Assembly (NCBI GenBank): GCA_017531445.1
Contig: JAFXKZ010000002.1
Span: 201,286-265,285 of the forward strand
DNA: 64,000 nucleotides
Direction of reading: 5' to 3'
Source: Kiritimatiellia bacterium
Lineage (GTDB): Bacteria; Verrucomicrobiota; Kiritimatiellia; RFP12; DVOR01
The notes below the pieces were generated by a model, which worked only from the letters and a program-made list of their open reading frames with translations, was not told the origin of the DNA and did no database searches. Shown here in pieces: positions 18,613-26,939 of the stretch (its first letter is position 1; each line of letters opens with the position of its first letter). Made by a program: the position numbers and the translations under genes.

Positions 18613-20352
18613 TTAGTTCTGGCCGGGCTGCCATTCTTCAGAGGAAGCGAAAGCTTCTTCAAAGGCATTGGCAAATGCGCCGAGCTGTGCAGAGGAAGAA
18701 GCGTCTGCATCGGATTCAGCGGTAAGACGGGCAATTTCACCTTCGTCCATGCTGACAGCCTTGATGGAGAGACCGATGCGACGTTCGTCACGATCAATCT
18801 TCACGATGCGGGCTTCAACTTCCTGACCCACTTTGAGGGCATCACGCACTTTTTCAATGCGCTCATCGGAAATTTGGGAGATATGAACAAGGCCGTCCAC
18901 GCCATCTTCGAGTTCAATGAATGCGCCGAAGGAAGCAATCTTGGAGACTTTACCCTTGACAATCTGGCCAATCTGATAAGTGGAAGCAATCGAGCTCCAC
19001 GGATCTGTCTGTGCCTGCTTGAGGCCAAGCGAGATGCGCTGATTCTGTGTGTCGATCTCAAGGACGATGGCTTCAACCGTCTGCCCCTTCTGAAGCACTT
19101 CGGAAGGATGGTTGATCTTGCGTGTCCAAGACATATCGGAGACGTGAATCATGCCGTCAATGCCTTCTTCCATTTCAACGAAAGCACCGTAAGTGGTGAA
19201 GTTGCGCACTTTGCCGCTGATACGCGAGCCAACAGGGTAACGATCCTGAACGGTGTCCCAGGGATTGGCTTCGGTCTGGCGGATGCCGAGCGCGATCTTC
19301 TGATTCTGCGAATCGATATTGAGCACCACGACGTCCACTTCATCGCCGATGTTGAGCACATCGGAAGCACGGGCAACGCGCTTCGTCCAGCTGAACTCGG
19401 AAACGTGAACAAGACCTTCAATGCCGGGTTCGAGTTCAACAAAAGCACCGTAGGGAGCCAAGTTGACAACTTTGCCGCGCAGACGGGAATTAACCGGGTA
19501 GCGGTTTTCGATGTCGTCCCAAGGATTGGTCTGAGCCTGCTTGAGACCGAGCGAAACGCGCTCACGATCCAAGTCGACTTCGAGAATCATTACATCAAGT
19601 TCCTGACCATTGGTGAGGATTTCCGAAGGATGCTTGATGCGGCCCCAGCTCATATCGGTGATATGGAGCAAGCCGTCCATGCCGTCCAAATCAACGAATG
19701 CACCGAAGTCGGTGATATTCTTCACCTTACCGTGGACAATCTGACCCTTTTCAAGCGTCTTGAGGAGTGCCTGCTTCTTCTCAGCCATCTGGCTTTCAAG
19801 GAGTTCACGACGCGAAACAATGATGTTGCGGCGTTCATCCGAAATCTTGATGATGGTGAAATCCTGAGCGGCATCGGTGATGTAGATGTCCAAATCGCGG
19901 GAAGGATTGACATCCACTTGCGAGCCGGGAAGGAAAGCTTCCACGCCGTCCACAGCCACGATCAGGCCGCCACGGACTTTGCTCTTGATGATGCCGGAAA
20001 CCGTATCGCCTTCTTTGTACTTGGCGAGGATGGCTTCCCAGCGGATTTTTTCATCGGCCTGGCGCTTGGAAACTTCAACCATGCCGTTTTCACCTTCGAG
20101 ATTGATCAGCAACACGTCGAATTCATCGCCGAGATTGACTGCATCAATATCTTCGAACTCATTGGCGGAAATCGTGCCGGCAGACTTGCAGCCGATATCA
20201 ACGAGTACATCATTTCCACACTTGCCGGTGACTTTGCCTTTCACAATCGAACCGGGCGCGGGAACGCTGTTCTGGGTCGAGAGTGCTGCGATCAGTTCGT
20301 CATAGCGTCCACCGGTTTTGGGAGCCGCCTTCTGAGGTTTGCGAATAGCCAT
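18613..20352 (-). CDS. rpsA: 30S ribosomal protein S1 (six S1 domains)
   Basis: 579 aa of repeated S1 motifs (GKV.....FGAFV.L..G..GL.H.S). Confidence 0.95.
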   Translation of the reverse strand: MAIRKPQKAAPKTGGRYDELIAALSTQNSVPAPGSIVKGKVTGKCGNDVLVDIGCKSAGTISANEFEDIDAVNLGDEFDVLLINLEGENGMVEVSKRQADEKIRWEAILAKYKEGDTVSGIIKSKVRGGLIVAVDGVEAFLPGSQVDVNPSRDLDIYITDAAQDFTIIKISDERRNIIVSRRELLESQMAEKKQALLKTLEKGQIVHGKVKNITDFGAFVDLDGMDGLLHITDMSWGRIKHPSEILTNGQELDVMILEVDLDRERVSLGLKQAQTNPWDDIENRYPVNSRLRGKVVNLAPYGAFVELEPGIEGLVHVSEFSWTKRVARASDVLNIGDEVDVVVLNIDSQNQKIALGIRQTEANPWDTVQDRYPVGSRISGKVRNFTTYGAFVEMEEGIDGMIHVSDMSWTRKINHPSEVLQKGQTVEAIVLEIDTQNQRISLGLKQAQTDPWSSIASTYQIGQIVKGKVSKIASFGAFIELEDGVDGLVHISQISDERIEKVRDALKVGQEVEARIVKIDRDERRIGLSIKAVSMDEGEIARLTAESDADASSSAQLGAFANAFEEAFASSEEWQPGQN

Positions 20353-20491
20353 TTGGCTTTTGCTTTCTTTGTAACGGGCGCGCTCCTCATTGCCGAGTCA
20401 CGCATGACGCTCTATTTATAGAAGGCTTTGGGGTGGTTAAGCGCCCGGTTGTTAATAATCATCCTTCTCCCACGCAGGAAAAGGAAATTAT

Positions 20492-20500
20492 ATTATATCA
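20492..20500 (-). promoter_or_regulatory. Extended -10 promoter element TGATATAAT upstream of rpsA
   Basis: The minus strand reads TTGCAA...AATATGATATAAT. Implies a leader of about 139 nt before ATG 20352. Confidence 0.4.
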
Positions 20501-20859
20501 TATTTGGGAGCAGAGGTTGCAATTTCAACGTGTTATTTGTAAAAAAGTTTATTTGGCTTCTTTATTGGCAGATAGAATGAGTTGAACGGATATCACAAAT
20601 TGCGCTTCTGCTTTTAATGAATCGTGCAACCCGTTACGGTTTGCCGAGGTGAGCGATGGACAGCCAGAGAAAACGGCGATTATTTCCCTACAATAATAAT
20701 AGAGCGTGAACACCTGCATGGGGGAATGTGTTCGGTGGAGGGGAAAAGGATAAAGGTGTGTTTTGGGAGAGGATTTTTTTGGGGGTGACAGAGGGGGAAA
20801 GGCATATACTTGGAATGCGAAGGTGAAAGATTGCAGCATTTGTTGCTGAAAGGCTTTTT

Positions 20860-20945
20860 CAACATGGGCGAAGTGGCGCGTCAAGCTCGCCCATGTTGCG
20901 ACTGCGTTTCGCCGAAATTCGAGAGAGGTATCGGCGATATTCCGT
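20860..20945 (+). repeat. GGCGA/TCGCC-box extragenic element, copy R3 (four-box form)
   Basis: 12-bp perfect helix CAACATGGGCGA/TCGCCCATGTTG (20860-20871 / 20887-20898), then TCGCCGA (20909) / TCGGCGA (20931). Block order and spacing match copy R4. Confidence 0.6.
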
Positions 20946-21115
20946 GCCCGCGTGCATGGAGAGGGGACGCGTGGAAGAGAATGAGGGATTTACCTGTGGT
21001 GAAACGCATCGCTGAATACGGCAACTGAAAATTCAAGAGCATGGGCTTTCTTATGTAAAAAAACACAATTGTTAAGACGATTTAACATTCGCCTAATATT
21101 TCTCTAACATGAACA

Positions 21116-21124
21116 TGGTTTAAT
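21116..21124 (+). promoter_or_regulatory. Extended -10-like element TGGTTTAAT upstream of the Na/Pi cotransporter gene
   Basis: TGnTTTAAT, 30 nt upstream of ATG 21155. Confidence 0.3.
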
Positions 21125-21154
21125 AGGGGCAACCAATTAAAGGAAAAAAGACAC

Positions 21155-22636
21155 ATGAATAACAGACAATTCACATTGGAGCATCGGTTGCTTCAGCTGC
21201 GTGATGAGATTAAAGCCCTCAAGAAGGAAACACAACTTTCTTCGGAAGAGGTTACACAACTTTTGAAAAAACTCTTTGCCGAGCGTTCAAAGTTGGAAGA
21301 TGAATTGATTCATCTGATCGTCAAACCGGAAAACAATTATCGTTCGGAAGCACTTGACGGTTTGAAAGAAAGTCTGCTGTTCGCTGTTCATTCGCTTGAA
21401 GAAACACTTCAAGATCTGAAAGGGAAGGAAGTCTCTTCACCTGAAGAAGTGGCGGTTGAAACGGTAAAGCGTCCGGGATGGATTACCCGTTTTTTCACTT
21501 ACATTAAGGAGCGTCCGGCACTGGCATGGTTTTCGGCCGGTGTTTTTGTTTATTTGTTACTCATTTCCGTTTCGTCCTTGGGGGAAGGGTTTGAGCTTCT
21601 TTTTGGCGGAGCGGAGTCTGCCAAGTCGCTCTTCTCGTTTGCCACCAATCCGTTTATGGGATTGTTGATGGGGATGTTGGCAACGGCTGTTATTCAGAGC
21701 AGTTCCACCACAACTTCGATTTTGGTTGCACTCTGTGCTGCCGGGCTTCCCATCTCGATGGCGATTCCGATGGTGATGGGAGCAAACATCGGCACATCCG
21801 TAACCAATACACTCGTTTCTCTGGGGCATATCGGGCACCGTCGTGAGTTCCGTCGCGCCTTTGCCGCAGCAACGATTCACGATTTTTTCAATATTACCGC
21901 CGTATTGATCTTCCTGCCGTTGGAAATGACCTTTGGCATTCTTGAGCGTGCTTCAGGATGGTTGACCTCTATTTTCTACGGTGGCACAACGGTGGATCTG
22001 AAGAGCGTTAATTTCATCCGTCCGATCACCAAACCTGTGGTTGAAGTGATGCAGAACTGTTTTGAAAGTCTTCCCGGCCCGCATTGGGTGGGGGCAGGAC
22101 TCTTTGTTGTCTTCGGTCTGGCGTTAATCTTCATCAGCATCCTGCTTCTGGGCAAGTTGTTGCGGATGCTTTTGACCGGAAAAGCTGAAAAGATCTTCCA
22201 TGCCGCTATCGGAAAGAATGCCGTTGCAGCCATTGGCAGTGGAATGGCAATCACGGTTTTGGTACAGAGCAGCTCTACAACGACATCGCTCATTGTGCCG
22301 CTGGCAGGTTCCGGATTGATGAAGTTGAAGCGCGTCTATCCCTTTACGCTCGGAGCGAATATCGGCACGTGCATTACGGCACTCCTTGCCGCGATGGCCA
22401 TCACCGGGATGGGGGCGGATGTCGCACTTCAGATTGCACTAATCCACTTGCTGTTCAATGTTTTCGGCGTAATCGTTATTTACGGCATCCCGTTCTTGCG
22501 CCGCCTCCCGCTGGTTTGTGCCTCAAGCCTCGCGAAGCTGGCCTGTGAAAAACGTTCCATGGCAATTCTCTATGTTGTCGGCGCCTTCTTTGTGTTGCCG
22601 CTGATCTGCCTCGGTGTTTACAAGTTGTTCAGCTAA
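21155..22636 (+). CDS. Na+/phosphate cotransporter family protein (type II, NptA-like) with an N-terminal coiled-coil extension
   Basis: Duplicated Na_Pi_cotrans signature IQSSSTTTSILVAL and VQSSSTTTSLIVPLAG, multiple TM segments. The first ~110 aa are hydrophilic and heptad-like. Confidence 0.85.
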   Translation: MNNRQFTLEHRLLQLRDEIKALKKETQLSSEEVTQLLKKLFAERSKLEDELIHLIVKPENNYRSEALDGLKESLLFAVHSLEETLQDLKGKEVSSPEEVAVETVKRPGWITRFFTYIKERPALAWFSAGVFVYLLLISVSSLGEGFELLFGGAESAKSLFSFATNPFMGLLMGMLATAVIQSSSTTTSILVALCAAGLPISMAIPMVMGANIGTSVTNTLVSLGHIGHRREFRRAFAAATIHDFFNITAVLIFLPLEMTFGILERASGWLTSIFYGGTTVDLKSVNFIRPITKPVVEVMQNCFESLPGPHWVGAGLFVVFGLALIFISILLLGKLLRMLLTGKAEKIFHAAIGKNAVAAIGSGMAITVLVQSSSTTTSLIVPLAGSGLMKLKRVYPFTLGANIGTCITALLAAMAITGMGADVALQIALIHLLFNVFGVIVIYGIPFLRRLPLVCASSLAKLACEKRSMAILYVVGAFFVLPLICLGVYKLFS

Positions 22637-22653
22637 AAATACCTCAATTCCGG

Positions 22654-22696
22654 ACAGCCTTTACTCCGTAAACGGGGTAGAGGCTGTTTCTTTTTT
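22654..22696 (+). terminator. Rho-independent terminator after the Na/Pi cotransporter gene
   Basis: ACAGCCTTTACTCCG-TAAA-CGGGGTAGAGGCTGT (two G-U pairs) followed by TTCTTTTTT. Confidence 0.7.
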
Positions 22697-22810
22697 AGAA
22701 ACTTTTTCAGCGTTTTTTAGGATGAACGTTGAACGAAGCGCGAAAAGCAAGGCCGGAGAAATGGAAGCTTTTAAGGAAGTGTTGAAATAACAGTGTTTTG
22801 AAAAAAATGT

Positions 22811-22839
22811 TTGCATCTCGGTCATAAATGTCTTAAATT
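22811..22839 (+). promoter_or_regulatory. Candidate sigma70-type promoter (TTGCAT-17-TAAATT) for the 1340-aa/giant gene pair
   Basis: Hexamers with a 17-nt spacer, 57 nt upstream of ATG 22896. Confidence 0.3.
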
Positions 22840-22851
22840 AGGTTCAATGCC

Positions 22852-22863
22852 GGGGTTAACCCC
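22852..22863. promoter_or_regulatory. Perfect 12-bp palindrome GGGGTTAACCCC in the leader of the 1340-aa gene
   Basis: Seen directly. Lies between the candidate promoter and ATG 22896. Confidence 0.25.
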
Positions 22864-22895
22864 TCGACAGCAAAAACTGAATAAAAGGTATAAAA

Positions 22896-25800
22896 ATGAA
22901 GCAGTGTTTCTTAATTGGAATCGCAGCCCTTTGTAGTGTTGGGCTGCTGCAAGTGGTATTTGCAGAAAATGCCGCAAGCCGGTATTCCCGTTCGGCGGAA
23001 CGTGGTGCATGGCCTGTACACGAATCTGTCGAGAATGGTGGCGCGGGCGATACGCGTTTTGTTGCCACACCGCCAGCCTTGTCGGATTTGAAGACTCTGG
23101 ATGAATTGCAGGCAAGTGGAAAGATCATTGCTGTTTTATTGACGGGATGGGACTGGTGTGAAGTCGGCAGCCGGTTGCTCGTTGAGTGGCGCAAGGGCTT
23201 TGGTGAACAGTACATTACGACCGTCTATGACTTTGCCGAAACCGATTATGTAATTCAAGAAGGCGAAGATGTGGGGGTTAATGTGTCGGCACGTTCGCGG
23301 GAAAATGCCTATGCAGGGACCTTAAATCCCTTGGGGGGGTCTTCTTCCCGGGCACACGTCTATCCTGCAATTGCATTGTATGACAGTGCCGGAAAGTTAT
23401 TTGCTTTGGAGCGTGGCGTGGAATATATGGATAATGCCGCACTTAAAGCAATGATGGATGCAATGGTCGCAAATTATAATAACTACGCGACCGCCAAAGC
23501 AGCGGCCAATGCTGCCACTGAAGAGATTTTGACAACGGCTGCCACCAATGGCGACTTGGGGATGCGAGTGGAGAATGGCGTTGTTAAAGACGCAGGCGGA
23601 CGCACGATTACATTAAATATCTATAAAGCTGCTTTATTGGCAAATGCGTTGCTTCACCTTGAAAAGAATATTTACAGCTTGCCCTATTTGAATATGACTT
23701 CCGGGCGTCAGGATGATTTTAATCAGATTGCTGCATGGGATCCTCAGGATGTTTCCGGGGCAATGCGCCGTGTGAAATTAAACGATCTCTATTCGACGGC
23801 AGAAATCTACCGAAAGCCGGTTACGGACGCATTAAAAGCTTCTTTGGCAACATTGATTGATGATACACGTCTGATTAAGTATTCCGATAATGAGTATCAG
23901 CAGGCACTTCTCTGTGGTTACAATCTGTATAGATTTTCTACAAAAGCCGAAACTGCAGAGGTGTATGCGCGTAGAGCGATTGAAAAGAATCCGGCTTCTT
24001 TCTGGGCAGAGGGAGCCCGTGGTCATTTGTGGATGACACGTTCACGCGGACCGGTGTTATTAGGCTGGGGATGGCGTCCGTATCACCTGACGGTTCCAGG
24101 GACGGTGACGGCAGAAGATGAAACAGCCTCTTTCTCAGGGACGCAGATTATGGCACAAGATGGCATTGTGCTGGATACGGCGAATAAAACCTTCAAGTGG
24201 ATCATGCGTTATGGCAATGACCGCTTCATCACCTATCAGGGATGGCATTCCTTTGTGATGAAGATGACCAGCGGCAGTGCGATGACCGTTACCTCACTCA
24301 AGATTTGGACAGGGGCCGCAACGAAGGATGATCCTACAACTGCAACGCTTGTTTTTGATGGTACTTCCGCAACGAATGCAGTACCAACCAATGGCGATGA
24401 CATGGCGGCTTTCACTGCGGTGGAATTCCCCAAAACGGTGAATACGTCAACGCCGCTTTCCTTTAATTTTTATCTTCCGACCGATGTCAATCGTCTTTTC
24501 CCCTTACATGAAAAGGATTGGAGCGACCAGCCGAAATATAACGATGTAGCAATTGTCATTGAGGGAACATACACCGGCACCTCTTCGGGAAGTTTCTCGG
24601 TGAACCCTATTTTGAAGAGTACGGCTTTGACAGCACCCGAGGAAACTCAGATTCTCATTGATGATAACACGCTGAGTATTGGCGATGTCCTTGCCGCTCA
24701 GCAAAACGTCTTGCAAAGCAAAGAACCATCGATGAATGCAAAAGGGGAAGTTGTTGCAGACGCGGTGGAAAACCTGTTGAACAGCGATACGCCGGATGAA
24801 GCCTATATCACAGCATTGACGCGGGCTGAATTCTTCTATGAGCATGAATCTTCGGCCGGGTTTTCCGGAATGATTTCCAATGTCGCGGCGAAAGATAAAG
24901 ATGGCGTGGAAATGTTAAACGCCGTCCTGGCCGATCGTTCATGGATGACTGATTTGATGATTTCCGGACCGGCAGGCGTGTTTGGCCCGCGTGCCGGAGG
25001 CAGCCGTGGCGCAGCCAAAGATTTGTTGCACCGCTTATGTGCCATTTGGCGAACCGATAAGTTGTATACCGCAACCAATCCGGATACGCGCCGTGGGACA
25101 ATTACCGCCGGACCGGATACGGAAGGTTATGACGTAGTGATTCGGCGTATGGCGACAGTAGGCGCGCTGAATGCTGCACCGGTGGACAATGGGAACTTAG
25201 GGCAGACGCATTGGCTCTATCGGGATCATATGGATCGGGGGGTGATGCATGGCGACTTCTATACACAGTCTGCTGCGCAAATGCGATACTCATTGAATCC
25301 GCAATCCTGCCATGTGCTGGAATTGGCACATGCCGTAAAGAAAGGGAACACCAAACTTGATATCATCAATGGTACAGCATGGCAAACGGCCTATTTGATG
25401 AACAACTTCTTTGGTGATTCCATCTTCGGAAATGACTATTATACTCCCTGGGCATCAACACTAATGCCCGGTACAGCAATGGGACGTGAGATCGGAGCTG
25501 TGTGTGGTGGAATTTCCTATTACGGCGTTCTGGCTGCGAATGCTTCCGGACGACGTTCGATTGCTGGCGGACAGCCGGGGCACTGTGCTGCAATGCATCG
25601 CACCTTTGATGGCACCATGTGGGAAATTGATTCAAATGTGGGTGCTCCAACAGGAAGTCATTTCCCATTATGGGAAATCTACAGTTATCAAGCACAGGAA
25701 TACTATGATGATATGTGGAGTGATCCCAACACCTTGACGGGTTACCGATTGCTTTGGGCTGCACGCTTGCGCGCGTTGCGTTATGGCGAAACCGAGCCGG

Positions 25801-26918
25801 GTGTTGAGGCCCTTTACGCACGTGCGGTAAAGGTGGCTCCGTTGTGTTATCAAGCAATTTTGGATTATCGTGACTTCTTAACGCGCAATTATCCTCAAGA
25901 TGCCGACCGTTGGTTGCAGTGGGCAGAAGCTGTCACTTACGGATTATGGCGTTATCCGAGTATCGGTTGGCCGCTTTTGAATGCCAATATGCTTGCCCCA
26001 TTGAAAGCGCAATATGGAAATGAGGCGGCACTGGCCACATTTAAGCAGTTGCATGTGCGGATGCATGATTCCGACCGAAAGACGCGTGAAAAGTATAATT
26101 ATACCTCTGCGACGGTGGATGCTCAGGTGAATTTCTTCCCGGAGGATGCGGATTTCATCTCCCTCTTGAGCACAGCAATGGATGCACGTTATGGCACGGA
26201 TCGCTTCACGAATTTGGTGAACTGGGCGAACAGTCGCTATACAACAGGCGATGTCAAGACGACGTATCAAACGATGTTGCAGTCTGTGTACGAGGCGAAT
26301 GGCAATCCTTTAGGTGTAAAAGCTACGTGTCTGGATGCGTTGTTGCGCGCCTCAAGAGATGGTGATTTGCCAGCATTCCGCGAGATGAGTACGCTGTATG
26401 CCAATCTTTTCCAAGATGAAAATTATCCGGAACTTTCCACGGAAGCGGCACCTTTTACGCAGGAAATGCTTTCTGCAGAAGGTATGGTGACCTTGAGCTC
26501 GTATCCGGAATTGAACACTTCCGGCTCTGCCGATGATCTTCATAGCTCGGCAGAATCATTCTGTCACTTGCAGCGATTGATTGATGATTCAGCTTTCGGC
26601 ACGTATGCTGCATGGACGCAAGAACAATATGATGATCCATGGATTATGGTGCAAATGCCGGGTGATGTGGAAGTCTTCGGGATTCTGCTTCAAAATGGTG
26701 AAGGCGAATTGCCTTTGACTGTAGAAATCTCTCCCGATGCACAAACCTGGACGCCTTTGGTAGCAGGTCGTTCGGTCGCAGAGGGGGCGACTTTACAGGT
26801 TTCGTTTGATGGTTCGCAGGTGTCGCGCTATATTCGTGTCCGCTATGCGAATACGACCGGCACACCCGTGCGGTTGAAGTTGAACAAAGTTCAGGTCTTT
26901 GCTCGTAAGCGCTATTAA
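22896..26918 (+). CDS. Secreted 1340-aa multidomain protein (degenerate thioredoxin-like N-domain, putative transglutaminase-like Cys/His/Asp core, helical repeats, C-terminal discoidin/F5-8 type C domain)
   Basis: Signal peptide MKQCFLIGIAALCSVGLLQVVFAENA. KIIAVLLTGWDWCEVGS...YPAIALYDSAGK (Trx_7-like, with CxxG). GAVCGGISYYGVLAANASGRRSIAGGQPGHCAAMHRTFDGTMWEIDSNV. C-terminal DPWIMVQMPGDVEVFGILLQN...SRYIRVRY...VQVF. Confidence 0.75.
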   Translation: MKQCFLIGIAALCSVGLLQVVFAENAASRYSRSAERGAWPVHESVENGGAGDTRFVATPPALSDLKTLDELQASGKIIAVLLTGWDWCEVGSRLLVEWRKGFGEQYITTVYDFAETDYVIQEGEDVGVNVSARSRENAYAGTLNPLGGSSSRAHVYPAIALYDSAGKLFALERGVEYMDNAALKAMMDAMVANYNNYATAKAAANAATEEILTTAATNGDLGMRVENGVVKDAGGRTITLNIYKAALLANALLHLEKNIYSLPYLNMTSGRQDDFNQIAAWDPQDVSGAMRRVKLNDLYSTAEIYRKPVTDALKASLATLIDDTRLIKYSDNEYQQALLCGYNLYRFSTKAETAEVYARRAIEKNPASFWAEGARGHLWMTRSRGPVLLGWGWRPYHLTVPGTVTAEDETASFSGTQIMAQDGIVLDTANKTFKWIMRYGNDRFITYQGWHSFVMKMTSGSAMTVTSLKIWTGAATKDDPTTATLVFDGTSATNAVPTNGDDMAAFTAVEFPKTVNTSTPLSFNFYLPTDVNRLFPLHEKDWSDQPKYNDVAIVIEGTYTGTSSGSFSVNPILKSTALTAPEETQILIDDNTLSIGDVLAAQQNVLQSKEPSMNAKGEVVADAVENLLNSDTPDEAYITALTRAEFFYEHESSAGFSGMISNVAAKDKDGVEMLNAVLADRSWMTDLMISGPAGVFGPRAGGSRGAAKDLLHRLCAIWRTDKLYTATNPDTRRGTITAGPDTEGYDVVIRRMATVGALNAAPVDNGNLGQTHWLYRDHMDRGVMHGDFYTQSAAQMRYSLNPQSCHVLELAHAVKKGNTKLDIINGTAWQTAYLMNNFFGDSIFGNDYYTPWASTLMPGTAMGREIGAVCGGISYYGVLAANASGRRSIAGGQPGHCAAMHRTFDGTMWEIDSNVGAPTGSHFPLWEIYSYQAQEYYDDMWSDPNTLTGYRLLWAARLRALRYGETEPGVEALYARAVKVAPLCYQAILDYRDFLTRNYPQDADRWLQWAEAVTYGLWRYPSIGWPLLNANMLAPLKAQYGNEAALATFKQLHVRMHDSDRKTREKYNYTSATVDAQVNFFPEDADFISLLSTAMDARYGTDRFTNLVNWANSRYTTGDVKTTYQTMLQSVYEANGNPLGVKATCLDALLRASRDGDLPAFREMSTLYANLFQDENYPELSTEAAPFTQEMLSAEGMVTLSSYPELNTSGSADDLHSSAESFCHLQRLIDDSAFGTYAAWTQEQYDDPWIMVQMPGDVEVFGILLQNGEGELPLTVEISPDAQTWTPLVAGRSVAEGATLQVSFDGSQVSRYIRVRYANTTGTPVRLKLNKVQVFARKRY

Positions 26919-26939
26919 GGAATGAAAGGAGGTAGAATT

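Noticed and set aside
18874-20421. 515-aa ORF antisense to rpsA
   Set aside because: rpsA on the minus strand is unambiguous, with six S1 domains. The + strand ORF mirrors its codon periodicity, has a repetitive low-information sequence, and has no RBS context.
20549-21028. Two overlapping short ORFs (111 aa minus strand, 72 aa plus strand) in the rpsA / Na-Pi intergenic region
   Set aside because: They have implausible composition (Pro/Ser/His-rich or Cys/Arg-rich), no RBS, and they overlap each other and repeat copy R3.
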